Positions 9,873 to 20,245 of a stretch of 48,385 bases of DNA are shown here, piece after piece. Positions within the stretch are counted from its first letter, which is position 1. Each line of letters begins with the position of its first letter. The position numbers and the translations under genes are program-made. The stretch lies in the IMG/VR virus record IMGVR_UViG_3300030372_004824, positions 1-48,385 of that record; one strand, written 5' to 3'. The DNA is from a virus. Lineage: Duplodnaviria > Caudoviricetes. The notes below the pieces were generated by a model that saw only the letters and a program-made list of their open reading frames with translations, did not search any database and had not been told where the DNA came from.

Positions 9873-10699
9873 CAAAAAAACAAAAAGAAGAGGTAGAGGT
9901 ACCTGTTGTTGAAACACCTATTGTTGAAACAAAAAAACCAAAAAGAACTGGACCAACATATAAAAAATCAAATGATGGTTGGGAAATAAAAGATAGAATA
10001 TACAGATTAAAAGATGGTAAACAACCTTTGTCAAGGTCTATAAGATCTGCTAACATATACTGGTTTGATGAAAGTGCTGGTTATGAAAGAGAATTAAAAT
10101 ACTGTGTAAATCAAAAAACAGTCTTTGTTGATGAAATGAAAGGCGATCAAAGATTAGATCATATTGTGTTTAGAAATGGTATGCTAATAATTGAAAAAGA
10201 AAAAGTTGTTTTACAAAAATTACTTTCGTTATATCACCCTGATAGAGATGTAATATTTTACGAAGAAAAACCAGTCGCAGTTGCAACAGATGAAATAGCT
10301 TGGTTAGAAATGGAAATAGAAGCTTTAAACGCTGCTAGAGATATTGATATTGATATGGCTGAAGCTATTATGAGAGTTGAAGTTGGTTCTAAAGTATCAG
10401 AGATGAGTTCTAAAGAACTTAAACGTGATTTACTATTATACGCTAAGAAAAACCCTAGTTTGTTTTTAGAATTAGTAACTGATGAAAACGTTCAGCTTAG
10501 AAACTTTGGTATTAAAGCAACAGAGCTTGGTATTATTAAATTAAGCTCAGATCAAAGAACTTTTACTTGGGCTTCTAATGATAGAAAACTATTAAACGTT
10601 CCTTTTGATGAACACCCTTATTCTGCTTTAGCCGCTTGGTTTAAAACAGATGAAGGTATGGAAATATATACCAATATAGAAAAACGATTAAACTCGTAA
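9869..10699 (+). CDS. Hypothetical phage protein (post-MCP)
   Basis: 276-aa ORF with a low-complexity N-terminus and a globular remainder. Confidence 0.7.
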   Translation: MAKKQKEEVEVPVVETPIVETKKPKRTGPTYKKSNDGWEIKDRIYRLKDGKQPLSRSIRSANIYWFDESAGYERELKYCVNQKTVFVDEMKGDQRLDHIVFRNGMLIIEKEKVVLQKLLSLYHPDRDVIFYEEKPVAVATDEIAWLEMEIEALNAARDIDIDMAEAIMRVEVGSKVSEMSSKELKRDLLLYAKKNPSLFLELVTDENVQLRNFGIKATELGIIKLSSDQRTFTWASNDRKLLNVPFDEHPYSALAAWFKTDEGMEIYTNIEKRLNS

Positions 10700-10705
10700 C
10701 AACCT

Positions 10706-10743
10706 TAGTAGAGTAACCACTCTTCGGGGTGGTTACAATACTA
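10706..10743 (+). other. Long UUCG-capped RNA hairpin without a U-tract
   Basis: TAGTA-GA-GTAACCACTC-TTCG-GGGTGGTTAC-AA-TACTA, followed by A-rich rather than T-rich sequence. Confidence 0.7.
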
Positions 10744-10755
10744 CAATAAAAAAAT

Positions 10756-11499
10756 ATGGCAGTAAATATAAATACAGTATATCAAAAAGTATTAGCAATA
10801 GCTAACAAAGAACAAAGAGGTTATATAACTCCTCAAGAATTTAACTTATTTGCTGATCAAGCACAAAAAGAAATATTTGAACAATATTTTTATGATTTAA
10901 ATCAATTTAAAAGAATACCTGGTAATGATACTGATCATTCTGATATGGTAGCATTATTAAATGATAAACTTTCTTTTTTTAGTAAGTTTGAAGTACTCAC
11001 TAGCCAAAGCACTGGACTAAACGCTCAACAGTTTAATATTCCTGATGATTTTTATAGATTTCAAGATGCTAGAACAAGCGCTGATTTTAATAGCGTTAAA
11101 ATAGAAAAATTAAACAAAGCTGACGCACAACAAGCTTATACTTCTGCACTAACTAAAGGAACAAACACAAGGCCTATAATGTATCTTGAAGAAGAAGATA
11201 AACAAATATGGGTTCAATCAGACAATGAGTATTGGAACGGAGAATCAGCATCTCCTATAACATCAATCACTTTACAATACTATAAAAAACCAACATCTCC
11301 TAGTTGGGCTTATAACATAATAAATCAAAAACCTTTTTATAATAGTACTAATTCTACTAATTTTGAATTACATCTTTCAGATGAATCAGAGTTAGTTTAT
11401 AGAATATTATTTATGGCTGGTGTTGCTATAGAAAAACCACAATTATCACAAGCTGCTGCAGCTTTACAAACTTCAAGTATACAACAAGAAAAACAATAA
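10756..11499 (+). CDS. Tail tubular / ring (head-tail adaptor) protein
   Basis: N-terminal NKEQRGYITPQEFNLFADQAQ and C-terminal LQYYKKP...FELH motifs as recalled for crAss-like ring proteins; position after the head genes. Confidence 0.65.
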   Translation: MAVNINTVYQKVLAIANKEQRGYITPQEFNLFADQAQKEIFEQYFYDLNQFKRIPGNDTDHSDMVALLNDKLSFFSKFEVLTSQSTGLNAQQFNIPDDFYRFQDARTSADFNSVKIEKLNKADAQQAYTSALTKGTNTRPIMYLEEEDKQIWVQSDNEYWNGESASPITSITLQYYKKPTSPSWAYNIINQKPFYNSTNSTNFELHLSDESELVYRILFMAGVAIEKPQLSQAAAALQTSSIQQEKQ

Positions 11500-11503
11500 A
11501 TAA

Positions 11504-13219
11504 ATGGCACTAATTAATGAATCAAACCAAGCTTATTACGAAGGAAATAATTATGGTAATTACCAGTTTGTATCTTTAGACGATATAATAAATCAATTTC
11601 AAATTGCTTATGTTGGCCAAGATAAAATAATACCTAGAATAAAAAGAGTTGATGTAGCTTTTCACGCAATGAGAGCTTTGCAAGAACTATCATTTGATAC
11701 TTTTAAATCTGTAAAGTCTCAAGAAATAGTTTTACCACCAAGTTTAAAAATGATATTACCACAAGACTATGTTAATTATACTGGCGTATATTTTACTGAT
11801 GAATCTGGTATTAAACATCCTTTATATCATACAAAACACACTTCAAATCCTTTTACAATTTTACAAGAAGACGATGGTGCTTATGCTTTTGCAGATGATT
11901 CTGAGCTTATAGCTGATCCTAACTTTGAAGATCCAAGTGGAACACTACACCCTAATTGGTCTAGAACTCCAATATCTGCTTCTATTGGGGCTGATCCAAC
12001 AAACACTGCTACTGGTGCTAGTGGTTTTTCTTCTTTAGCCCGTATGTTTGGTGGTGGTTTTAAAATAAACCAAGATAGTGCTCAAAACCCTTTAGGTACA
12101 GCTACTAGTTCTAACTCTTTACAATTTAGACATGCTGCAAATCCTGTAAATGGTGGTGGTGGTACTACAATTATAGACGGTAGAGTTTTAGCTTGCTGGC
12201 AAGAGATAGACGTAAGAGGTATAAACTTTTTAGATTTAGGCGCAAATGTAAGCGTGTTCTTAAATGATGGTACTGGCGCTACTTATAGTACTAATGTGCC
12301 TGATGGTAAAATAATTATAGGTTTACAAACAGTAGATAGATCTACACCACAGGCTTACGCTAATCAATTAACAGGTATGGCAAATTCAAGAACAGTTGGC
12401 CCTAGTTTTGTTTCACAGCCACAACATCCATTATATAATCCAAACTTTTTTAGTAGAAATCTTAATAATCCTGATGTTGGTTTTATAGAGTTTGACGGTA
12501 CAGCTGCTAGTACAGAAAAAGAAGCTACTATAGATGTTAGCGCTTATGAATATCTTTATTTTATGATTATAAGTAAAGTTCCTGTTACTACTGTAGAAAG
12601 AGATGCTACTAGTCAAGTTCTAGGCGTGCAACCACCAAGTACTGGAACAACACCTGTTTTTCCTATACAATTTACTTTTCAAAATCAAGTTAATTCTGTA
12701 ACTCTTAAAAACATAGTACCACCAAGTGTATTAACACACGCTAACTCTTTAACAAAAGACTCTAACACTTGGGCTAACTACAAGTCAAGCACACCTTCTG
12801 AAAACACTATAGTTGATTACGATTATGACGACGCAAGGTTTCACAACTTAAACAAGGGTCAAAGATATGGTTTAGAGCCTTCGCACGCCCAAGTAAATGG
12901 ATCTTTTTATATAGACAATTTACAAGGTTATATAAACTTTAGCTCTAATATTAGTGGTAAAAATATTATATTAGACTATGTTAGTGATAGTTTAGGTACT
13001 GATGCTGAAATGCAAGTACACAAATTTGCTGAAGAAGCAATGTATAAACACATGCTTTGTGATATTATGTCAAGTAGATTAGGTGTTCCTGAGTATGCTA
13101 TTAATAGATATAAAAAAGAAAAAAGAGCTTCAAAAAGAAATGCAAAACTAAGATTATCTAATATTAAATTAGAACAAATAATTCAAACGTTTAGAAACAA
13201 ATCTAAGATAATAAAATAA
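11504..13219 (+). CDS. Second ring/adaptor structural protein carrying a large internal insertion
   Basis: N-terminal RALQELSFD...LPQDYVNY and C-terminal INFSS...ILDYVSD...VHKFAEEAMY blocks separated by about 300 aa of beta-rich sequence. Confidence 0.6.
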   Translation: MALINESNQAYYEGNNYGNYQFVSLDDIINQFQIAYVGQDKIIPRIKRVDVAFHAMRALQELSFDTFKSVKSQEIVLPPSLKMILPQDYVNYTGVYFTDESGIKHPLYHTKHTSNPFTILQEDDGAYAFADDSELIADPNFEDPSGTLHPNWSRTPISASIGADPTNTATGASGFSSLARMFGGGFKINQDSAQNPLGTATSSNSLQFRHAANPVNGGGGTTIIDGRVLACWQEIDVRGINFLDLGANVSVFLNDGTGATYSTNVPDGKIIIGLQTVDRSTPQAYANQLTGMANSRTVGPSFVSQPQHPLYNPNFFSRNLNNPDVGFIEFDGTAASTEKEATIDVSAYEYLYFMIISKVPVTTVERDATSQVLGVQPPSTGTTPVFPIQFTFQNQVNSVTLKNIVPPSVLTHANSLTKDSNTWANYKSSTPSENTIVDYDYDDARFHNLNKGQRYGLEPSHAQVNGSFYIDNLQGYINFSSNISGKNIILDYVSDSLGTDAEMQVHKFAEEAMYKHMLCDIMSSRLGVPEYAINRYKKEKRASKRNAKLRLSNIKLEQIIQTFRNKSKIIK

Positions 13220-13220
13220 T

Positions 13221-16200
13221 ATGCCGGAAATCAAACATAATTTTACCACCGGTAAAATGAACAAAGACTTAGACGAAAGACTTGTTCAGAACGGTGAGTA
13301 TAGACATGCTACAAATATTCAGGTTTCTACATCAGACGATTCTGACGTTGGTTCTGTACAAAACATACTTGGTAATAGTTTAATTGAAAATTTAGAGTAT
13401 TTACCAAATAACACTACTTGTTTAGGAAGTATTGCAGATGAAAAAAACGATAAGATATATTGGTTTTTATTAGGAGATACGCTTGACGCTACAGATTTAG
13501 TTAATGGTGATTATGAAGACACAACAACAACTATTTATACTCAAACTGACTGGGACACTTTTGGTGAAACAGGTATTGTAACACAAGACGAGTGGACTCT
13601 TGTAGCTGATGGTCCGGTTACTCAGTTAGGTCATGGTATGAGTATAGATGCTATAGATGGTGTATTAAAAAGAGATAACAGTAATCTTGGCACTAATTCT
13701 TCTGCTAGACAAAAAGTTGATGTTATTAATGGTGTTGAATATACAGTTTCGTATGACAGAAAATATACAGGTGGAGCAAGTACTGAAACTAATATATTTA
13801 TGGATTTTGGTAATGGTAATCAAGGTTTAGCTATTTCTACTGAAAATAGCGGTAGTTTTGTTACCGTGACAGATACTTTTACAGCTGCTTTTACAGGTGA
13901 AATGTTTTTTAGAATATATTTTATAGGTGATATGGAAGGTGAAATAGATAATGTTACTATATCAACTTCAGCAAAAACAAGTAGAATATTAGAGTACGAT
14001 AAAGCTAATGATGAAATAAATCCTGTTTTTGTAGATATAGATAATAGTGTTTTAAAATTTAGTGAAAATAAAATAACAGCAATAAACATAATTGATGATT
14101 TATTATTTTTCACAGACGGTATTAATGAGCCAAAAAAAATAAATATACAAAGATCAAAAGATAATACTACTGACGGTAATAGTTTTACTACTATAACAGA
14201 TTATAGCAATACATCTTTTCCAGCAAAAGAAGAGCATATAACTGTTATTAAAAAAGCGCCTATAAACGCGCCAACAATACAGTACAATTATTTTAGAGAT
14301 CCGTCAAAAGCAAACACTGGTATTATAAGTATATCTGATACTTACGCACCAGGCCCTCATACTTTAATAAACTCTTCAAAAGGACTTATAAACGATTTTG
14401 CAACCTTATCTGTTGGTGATACTTTTCAAACTATAATAGAAACAGATATTAATTTTATTAATGAGTTTGTTTTAAATTGGCAAAACGGCACAAACGTTAT
14501 ATTAAAAGCTTTTGATGATAATGGTAATCCTCCTATTGTACCTTTGCAAAACTATGATATAAAAGGTTTTATTACTAATTGGTCTAATAATGAGTTTGTT
14601 AATACTAATGAACTTTATGATTTTGAAAATGTTAGTAACCAAACAAATTGGCAAGTTGTAACTCAAGATGAAACATATTCTTTTGATAATACTGACCCAG
14701 CAAGTGCTGATAATCAAAAACTAGTTTTTTATACTCACGACGGTGTAGACGGTAATGAAATTTTAGATAATAGAAATTATGAAATATCTTTTGAACTAGA
14801 AACATTTGGTGGTAATTTACAAGGAGATTTAAAAGTATTCTTATTTAACAATACAACAGGTACTAATCAATATGTTGAAGTTGATGAACTTACAAATTTA
14901 GCTAATACTAATACTGGTGTATATACATATACAATTGATCCAAACGTATATAATTTAAATGCTTTTACTAATTATGCTAACTCATTAGTTTTTGAAGCTA
15001 ATGACACTAACGGTACTTTGTTTAACGGTGTTGTTACTAATGTTTCAGTAACTAGAGTAGATGCTCAATTAGCTAAAGTAGAAATAGAAATAACTTCTAT
15101 ACCAGATACACCACCAAGTGTATCGGCTGGAAATACTAGTTTAAATTACGTTATAGATATATACGAAGATTTTGATAATATATTTAGTTCTAAGTTTTCT
15201 AGAATAGCATACAGATACAAATACAAAGATGGTGAATATTCTTTTTTCTCACCATTTTCTAGCGCTATATTTTCCGCTGGAGTTTTTCAATATGATCCGG
15301 TTGAAGGTTATAACTTAGGTATGCAAAATACTATAAAAGATATAATAGTAAAAAACTTAGATAATAATTTACCAAGTGATGTAGATGCAATTGATATATT
15401 ATATAAAGAAGATAATTCTTCAGCTGTTTATTTAGTTGACACGTTAAAAACTTCTGATGGAATATTTAGTTATAAAATTGAAACTGATACTGTTAAAAAT
15501 ATTTTACCAGAAAATCAACTGTTAAGAACTTTTGATAACGTGCCTATAAAAGCAAAAGCACAAGAAGTTATAGGCAATAGAATAATATATGGTAACTATC
15601 AACAAAATTATGATTTAGAGTATTACAATGATATTACTTCTCAAAACGAGACGTACAATTTAGTTTTAGATACTAAAATAAAATCAAACAATAACTCTAC
15701 TAATTCTGGACTACCATCTATAAAGTCTTCTAGAGATTATCAAGTAGGTGTTGTTTATAGCGATAAGTACGGTAGACAAACTCCTGTTTTATCAAGTTCG
15801 TCTGCAACTAACGAAGTGCAATTACTTTCTGCTAGACAATTAAATTCTTTTGAGGTAACAATAAATAGTAATGGACATCCTGTAAATGCAGAGTATTTTA
15901 AATTTTATGTAAAAGATATTAGCGGTGATTATTTTAACTTAGCTATGGATCGTTGGTTTGACGCTGAAGATGGAAATATTTGGTTGTCTTTTCCTTCTTC
16001 TGATAGAAACAAAATAGATATTGATGATTATTTATTATTAAAAAAAGGTATTGAAACAAATACTGTAGATTTAACTACTAAAAATAAGTACAAAGTTATT
16101 GATATAAAAAATGAAGCTCCAAGATTTATAAAGGCAAATAGCATGCTAATAAGTCAAAAGCGTCACGCGGCGTCTAGTCCTTTGTTTACTGCCGAAGCTC

Positions 16201-18542
16201 CTTTTAAAACTGGTAATTCATTTAACGTTTTTTATTCTAAATATAACAATAGTGCTTTGTCTCAAATAGTAGATTTGTTTAATTCTAAAAGTGTAGATGA
16301 AGAGTATTTTATTAGATTTGCACAAACAAACGCCGCTGCACCTCAATCATCTTCAAATAAATATAGAATATTTAATATGGAGCTTGATAACTCTACTCCA
16401 CAAAAACTTATGTTTTCTGTAGAAGGTAAATTTGGTAGCGATGTTTCTCAATTTAACATATCTCAAGTTCAAGATCATAGTGCTGGTGTAATTGATGGTG
16501 TTAACTTTATAATATTAAAAGAAAAAATAGAAGACTCTGCTAGATTTGAAGGTAGGTTTTTTGTAAAAATTCTTAGAGATGAACATTATAATCAATTTGT
16601 AACGTCAAGTATAACGCCTACTGATACTAATATAAATTATACAACAAGTCCAAGTACTACTAAAAAAATATATTACTATGAGTCTGTTACAGATACTAGA
16701 TTTAATACAGTAGCTCATCATGGTAATGGTACTGCAAATGGAGCAGAGATATGGGGTCTTAATAGTAATTACGATGATTTTACTGATTATGATGGTCTTA
16801 GTGCTAGTTATCCTTTTATGGACGATTCAACAACATATCCTTCTGGACAGGCTGGTGGTGATTTAAATGCTTTTTTTGAGTGTGAAAAATCAATAATAGA
16901 AGCTGTTGGTGATTTTGATTATGACAGTGCTTTTACTGGTCAGTTTGGGTATGATGAAAAAGGTTTCGGTACAATAAAAAGCTGGAGAGCTTATTTTAGA
17001 GGCCTTAATACAGCTATTGATCCAGACGCTTCTTCTAGCGACAGGGTAAATACTTTACATATAGAAAATGATAGAGCTAACGCTAAATTTGAAGATATTT
17101 GGTATTTTAATTCTACTAAATATTCTTATAATCTACCTTATTATACTGGTTTTGAAGTTAGCGTAGATTATCCTATAAAAAATAGTACTATTGTTCACGC
17201 TGACTGGCAAACTAAAACAGCTGTTACAAACTATGCTAACTCTGCTATAATAAACGTTAGTTTTGGTGGTATAGAGCCGGAAGTAAATACAGGTTGGCCT
17301 GATGATGGTACTAATGCTTCTCCACATTATCCTTATTATGATAGTAAATTTTTTGATTTAGAAAACCACACTACTTTTAAACCAACACAAGAAGCATTTA
17401 TTAAAAAAATAGCTAGTGGTAGTCAGTTTAGATTTGCTGAAGATCCTAATGGAGAAGTTTATACAATAACAGATGTAGTTGTAAGTTATTTAATAAACTA
17501 TGACAATTTATGTGAAGCAGAAAACCAATTACCTCCAAGTAATTATAATCATCATGCTAGACAAGCTGAAATAATAGGAAATAATTTTAATAGTAGTGTT
17601 GGAAATTTAGTAGAGTATGATTCTCCAAACGTACCAACAACAACTCCTGGAACTGGTAATTATCATTTTAGAACACCTACTTTTTATTCTGCTCCTAATT
17701 TTTCTGTAAATTATAGTATGGTTTTAGACAAGCCGCTTGGTTGGAACCCTATTGGAACTCCAGGATCAGCTATAACTGGTGGTTTAGAAATAGAATTAGC
17801 CGCTTCTAGTGGTACTCAAATTACTCAAAATAGTGGATTATTTAGTTTAAGAGTAGATAGTATAACTGGTACTACGCCTGCTGGAGATACTGTAAGCGTA
17901 GAAGAAGGTATGGTTTTAGACGGTCACAATGACGGTGGAAGTAGTTTTGTAGAATTTACAATAAAACCAATTGTAACAAGTATTGATTTTGACGGAACAT
18001 ATTATAATTTAAAATTAAGATGTTATAGCGGTGATGTAACTAACGGGGCCTTGCCAACTGGAACAGGAGCGGGTAAAGTTGGTGATATTGCTGCGGCTGA
18101 TGATTTGATATTTAAACAATATTATATGAATGGTATGTCTCCTAATTCTGCTAAAAATTTAAACTGGTTTAGACAAGGTGGTGAATCTGAAATAAATTCT
18201 GGAGTAATGGCATTAGGATATACAATAGAGTTTTTATCTGTTGAAGAAGAAGAAAGTCCAGAGCTACCATCTAGTCCTGCTATTTGGGAAACAGAACCTA
18301 AAGAAGATAAAAAATTAAATGTTTATTACGAAGCAAGTGATTATTACAAAATATCTGAAGATCCTGCAGATTTATCAAGCATAATACCAGTTGGTTCAAC
18401 AGTAGAACACGCAAACAGTGGCGCTATACCTTCTAATACAATTATTGATTCAATTGCTGCTGATGGTACAATAACATTATCTAATAACGCTAGTGTACAA
18501 CCAGGTACAATAGCAACACATATAGAAGACAGATTTAATTAA
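13221..18542 (+). CDS. Tail stabilization / muzzle protein, N-terminal part
   Basis: GKMNKDLDERLV.NGEYR N-terminus, LFFTDG.NEPKKINI, AYRYKYKDGEYS.FSPFS, GNRIIYGNY and YQVGVVYSDKYGRQTPV blocks as recalled for crAss-like stabilization proteins. Confidence 0.75.
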   Translation: MPEIKHNFTTGKMNKDLDERLVQNGEYRHATNIQVSTSDDSDVGSVQNILGNSLIENLEYLPNNTTCLGSIADEKNDKIYWFLLGDTLDATDLVNGDYEDTTTTIYTQTDWDTFGETGIVTQDEWTLVADGPVTQLGHGMSIDAIDGVLKRDNSNLGTNSSARQKVDVINGVEYTVSYDRKYTGGASTETNIFMDFGNGNQGLAISTENSGSFVTVTDTFTAAFTGEMFFRIYFIGDMEGEIDNVTISTSAKTSRILEYDKANDEINPVFVDIDNSVLKFSENKITAINIIDDLLFFTDGINEPKKINIQRSKDNTTDGNSFTTITDYSNTSFPAKEEHITVIKKAPINAPTIQYNYFRDPSKANTGIISISDTYAPGPHTLINSSKGLINDFATLSVGDTFQTIIETDINFINEFVLNWQNGTNVILKAFDDNGNPPIVPLQNYDIKGFITNWSNNEFVNTNELYDFENVSNQTNWQVVTQDETYSFDNTDPASADNQKLVFYTHDGVDGNEILDNRNYEISFELETFGGNLQGDLKVFLFNNTTGTNQYVEVDELTNLANTNTGVYTYTIDPNVYNLNAFTNYANSLVFEANDTNGTLFNGVVTNVSVTRVDAQLAKVEIEITSIPDTPPSVSAGNTSLNYVIDIYEDFDNIFSSKFSRIAYRYKYKDGEYSFFSPFSSAIFSAGVFQYDPVEGYNLGMQNTIKDIIVKNLDNNLPSDVDAIDILYKEDNSSAVYLVDTLKTSDGIFSYKIETDTVKNILPENQLLRTFDNVPIKAKAQEVIGNRIIYGNYQQNYDLEYYNDITSQNETYNLVLDTKIKSNNNSTNSGLPSIKSSRDYQVGVVYSDKYGRQTPVLSSSSATNEVQLLSARQLNSFEVTINSNGHPVNAEYFKFYVKDISGDYFNLAMDRWFDAEDGNIWLSFPSSDRNKIDIDDYLLLKKGIETNTVDLTTKNKYKVIDIKNEAPRFIKANSMLISQKRHAASSPLFTAEAPFKTGNSFNVFYSKYNNSALSQIVDLFNSKSVDEEYFIRFAQTNAAAPQSSSNKYRIFNMELDNSTPQKLMFSVEGKFGSDVSQFNISQVQDHSAGVIDGVNFIILKEKIEDSARFEGRFFVKILRDEHYNQFVTSSITPTDTNINYTTSPSTTKKIYYYESVTDTRFNTVAHHGNGTANGAEIWGLNSNYDDFTDYDGLSASYPFMDDSTTYPSGQAGGDLNAFFECEKSIIEAVGDFDYDSAFTGQFGYDEKGFGTIKSWRAYFRGLNTAIDPDASSSDRVNTLHIENDRANAKFEDIWYFNSTKYSYNLPYYTGFEVSVDYPIKNSTIVHADWQTKTAVTNYANSAIINVSFGGIEPEVNTGWPDDGTNASPHYPYYDSKFFDLENHTTFKPTQEAFIKKIASGSQFRFAEDPNGEVYTITDVVVSYLINYDNLCEAENQLPPSNYNHHARQAEIIGNNFNSSVGNLVEYDSPNVPTTTPGTGNYHFRTPTFYSAPNFSVNYSMVLDKPLGWNPIGTPGSAITGGLEIELAASSGTQITQNSGLFSLRVDSITGTTPAGDTVSVEEGMVLDGHNDGGSSFVEFTIKPIVTSIDFDGTYYNLKLRCYSGDVTNGALPTGTGAGKVGDIAAADDLIFKQYYMNGMSPNSAKNLNWFRQGGESEINSGVMALGYTIEFLSVEEEESPELPSSPAIWETEPKEDKKLNVYYEASDYYKISEDPADLSSIIPVGSTVEHANSGAIPSNTIIDSIAADGTITLSNNASVQPGTIATHIEDRFN

Positions 18543-18543
18543 T

Positions 18544-20244
18544 ATGACATATCAAGTACAAAATAATATAAACTTAAACGATTTGTTAAAAATAACAAGA
18601 CCGGATGGTAGTATTGTTTATGTAAAAATTACTGGTATTGGCGCTTTAGATCCTGCTGGAGCAACAAATCAATTTACTTTAGATTCTAATACTCATAATT
18701 TTACTTATACATTAGACTGGCATAATTGTTATTCTTTTGGTAATGGTGTTGAGTCAAATAGAATACGAGATGGTTTTAATAAAATGTTATTAGCTCCTGG
18801 CGTAAAAGTTTCTGCAGAGTTTGATGATTATAAAAAAGAAGAAAGAAAAAATAGTTTAATATATTCTGGAATATATAACAAGTCAAATAGTTTTAACGAA
18901 ATAAATCAGTTTAATTTAGCAGAAAAAATTACAAAAGATATAAACCCAACATACGGTAGTATACAAAAACTGCACACTAGAGATTCTGATTTAACAGTAC
19001 TTTGTGAAGATAAAGTATTAAAGGTATTAGCAAATAAAGATGCACTATTTAATGCTGATGGCAACATACAGTTATTATCTAACGAAAGAGTTTTGGGTCA
19101 AGTTATACCTTATGTAGGTGAGTATGGTATATCAAAAAATCCAGAATCATTTGTTGCAGAGGCTTACAGATCTTATTTTACTGATAAACAAAGAGGTGTT
19201 GTCTTAAGATTATCAAGAGATGGTTTAAGCCCAATATCTTTACATGGTATGAAAGATTATTTTAAAGATAATTTAAAAACATCTGATTTATTAATTGGTG
19301 GTTACGATAAGAAAAAAGATCAGTATAATTTAACTTTAAACGATACAACTGTTAGTTTTCAAGAAAATGTAAAGGGTTGGACAAGTTTTAAAACTTACAC
19401 ACCTGAAGATAGTATTAGCTGTTCAAGTGATTATTATACTTTTAAAAACGGACAAATATATTTACATCACGATGATAGTGTAGATAGAAATGAGTTTTAT
19501 GGCGTGCCTAATGATTCGCAAATAACTTTATTACTTAACGACGCGCCTAGCGTTATTAAAAACTTTGAAACTATAAGTTACGAAGGTACTCAAGCTAAAA
19601 TAGCAGTAACAACAGAAACTGGAACTGATTTAAGAGATCAAGATGATAGTTATTACAATTTAGAAGAAAAACCTGGTTGGGTGTTAGATAGTTTATCTAC
19701 AGATAAAAACGCTGGCAAAGTACATGAGTTTATAGAAAAAGAAGGTAAATGGTTTAATTATATAAAAGGTGATGATATTCCAACAGACTATAGCTCAAAT
19801 CAATTACAAGGTATAGGTATTATATCACAAGACACTGTTTTAACAGAAACTGATTCTCAAGGTGTTGTCACGGTTTTAGATGAAGTTGTTATAACTTTTA
19901 ATGAAGACATTAATATATCTTTATCTTTAGAAGATACTATTTATTATGTTATACTCGACGATATTGGTGATGGTGACGTTATTGATAGTGATGATTTAGA
20001 AGAATATAGTTTAGAAATAAAGTCAATTGGTAAAAACACAATTACAGTAGCCCACGACAATGTTCAAATTCCACCAGTAGCAAATATATTTGAACAAGGT
20101 GATTTTGTGTTATTTAAAAAGAACTCTTTATTTAACAAATCAGGTGTTACAGGTTATTATGCAGAAGCAACATTTACAAACAATGCAAAAGACAAAGCAG
20201 AATTATTTTCTGTAAGTTCACAAATAAACGAAAGTAGCAAATAA
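18544..20244 (+). CDS. Tail stabilization / muzzle protein, C-terminal part encoded as a separate ORF
   Basis: WHNCYSFGNGVESNRIRD, YGSIQKLHTRD, GEYGISKNPESF, YFTDKQRG and KEGKWFNYI beta-propeller-like blocks. Confidence 0.75.
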   Translation: MTYQVQNNINLNDLLKITRPDGSIVYVKITGIGALDPAGATNQFTLDSNTHNFTYTLDWHNCYSFGNGVESNRIRDGFNKMLLAPGVKVSAEFDDYKKEERKNSLIYSGIYNKSNSFNEINQFNLAEKITKDINPTYGSIQKLHTRDSDLTVLCEDKVLKVLANKDALFNADGNIQLLSNERVLGQVIPYVGEYGISKNPESFVAEAYRSYFTDKQRGVVLRLSRDGLSPISLHGMKDYFKDNLKTSDLLIGGYDKKKDQYNLTLNDTTVSFQENVKGWTSFKTYTPEDSISCSSDYYTFKNGQIYLHHDDSVDRNEFYGVPNDSQITLLLNDAPSVIKNFETISYEGTQAKIAVTTETGTDLRDQDDSYYNLEEKPGWVLDSLSTDKNAGKVHEFIEKEGKWFNYIKGDDIPTDYSSNQLQGIGIISQDTVLTETDSQGVVTVLDEVVITFNEDINISLSLEDTIYYVILDDIGDGDVIDSDDLEEYSLEIKSIGKNTITVAHDNVQIPPVANIFEQGDFVLFKKNSLFNKSGVTGYYAEATFTNNAKDKAELFSVSSQINESSK

Positions 20245-20245
20245 T

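Noticed and set aside
18530-18550. Programmed frameshift joining the two muzzle ORFs
   Set aside because: No canonical slippery heptamer or stimulatory structure is evident, and the second ORF has its own ATG with the locally common TAA-T-ATG spacing. Not fully excluded.
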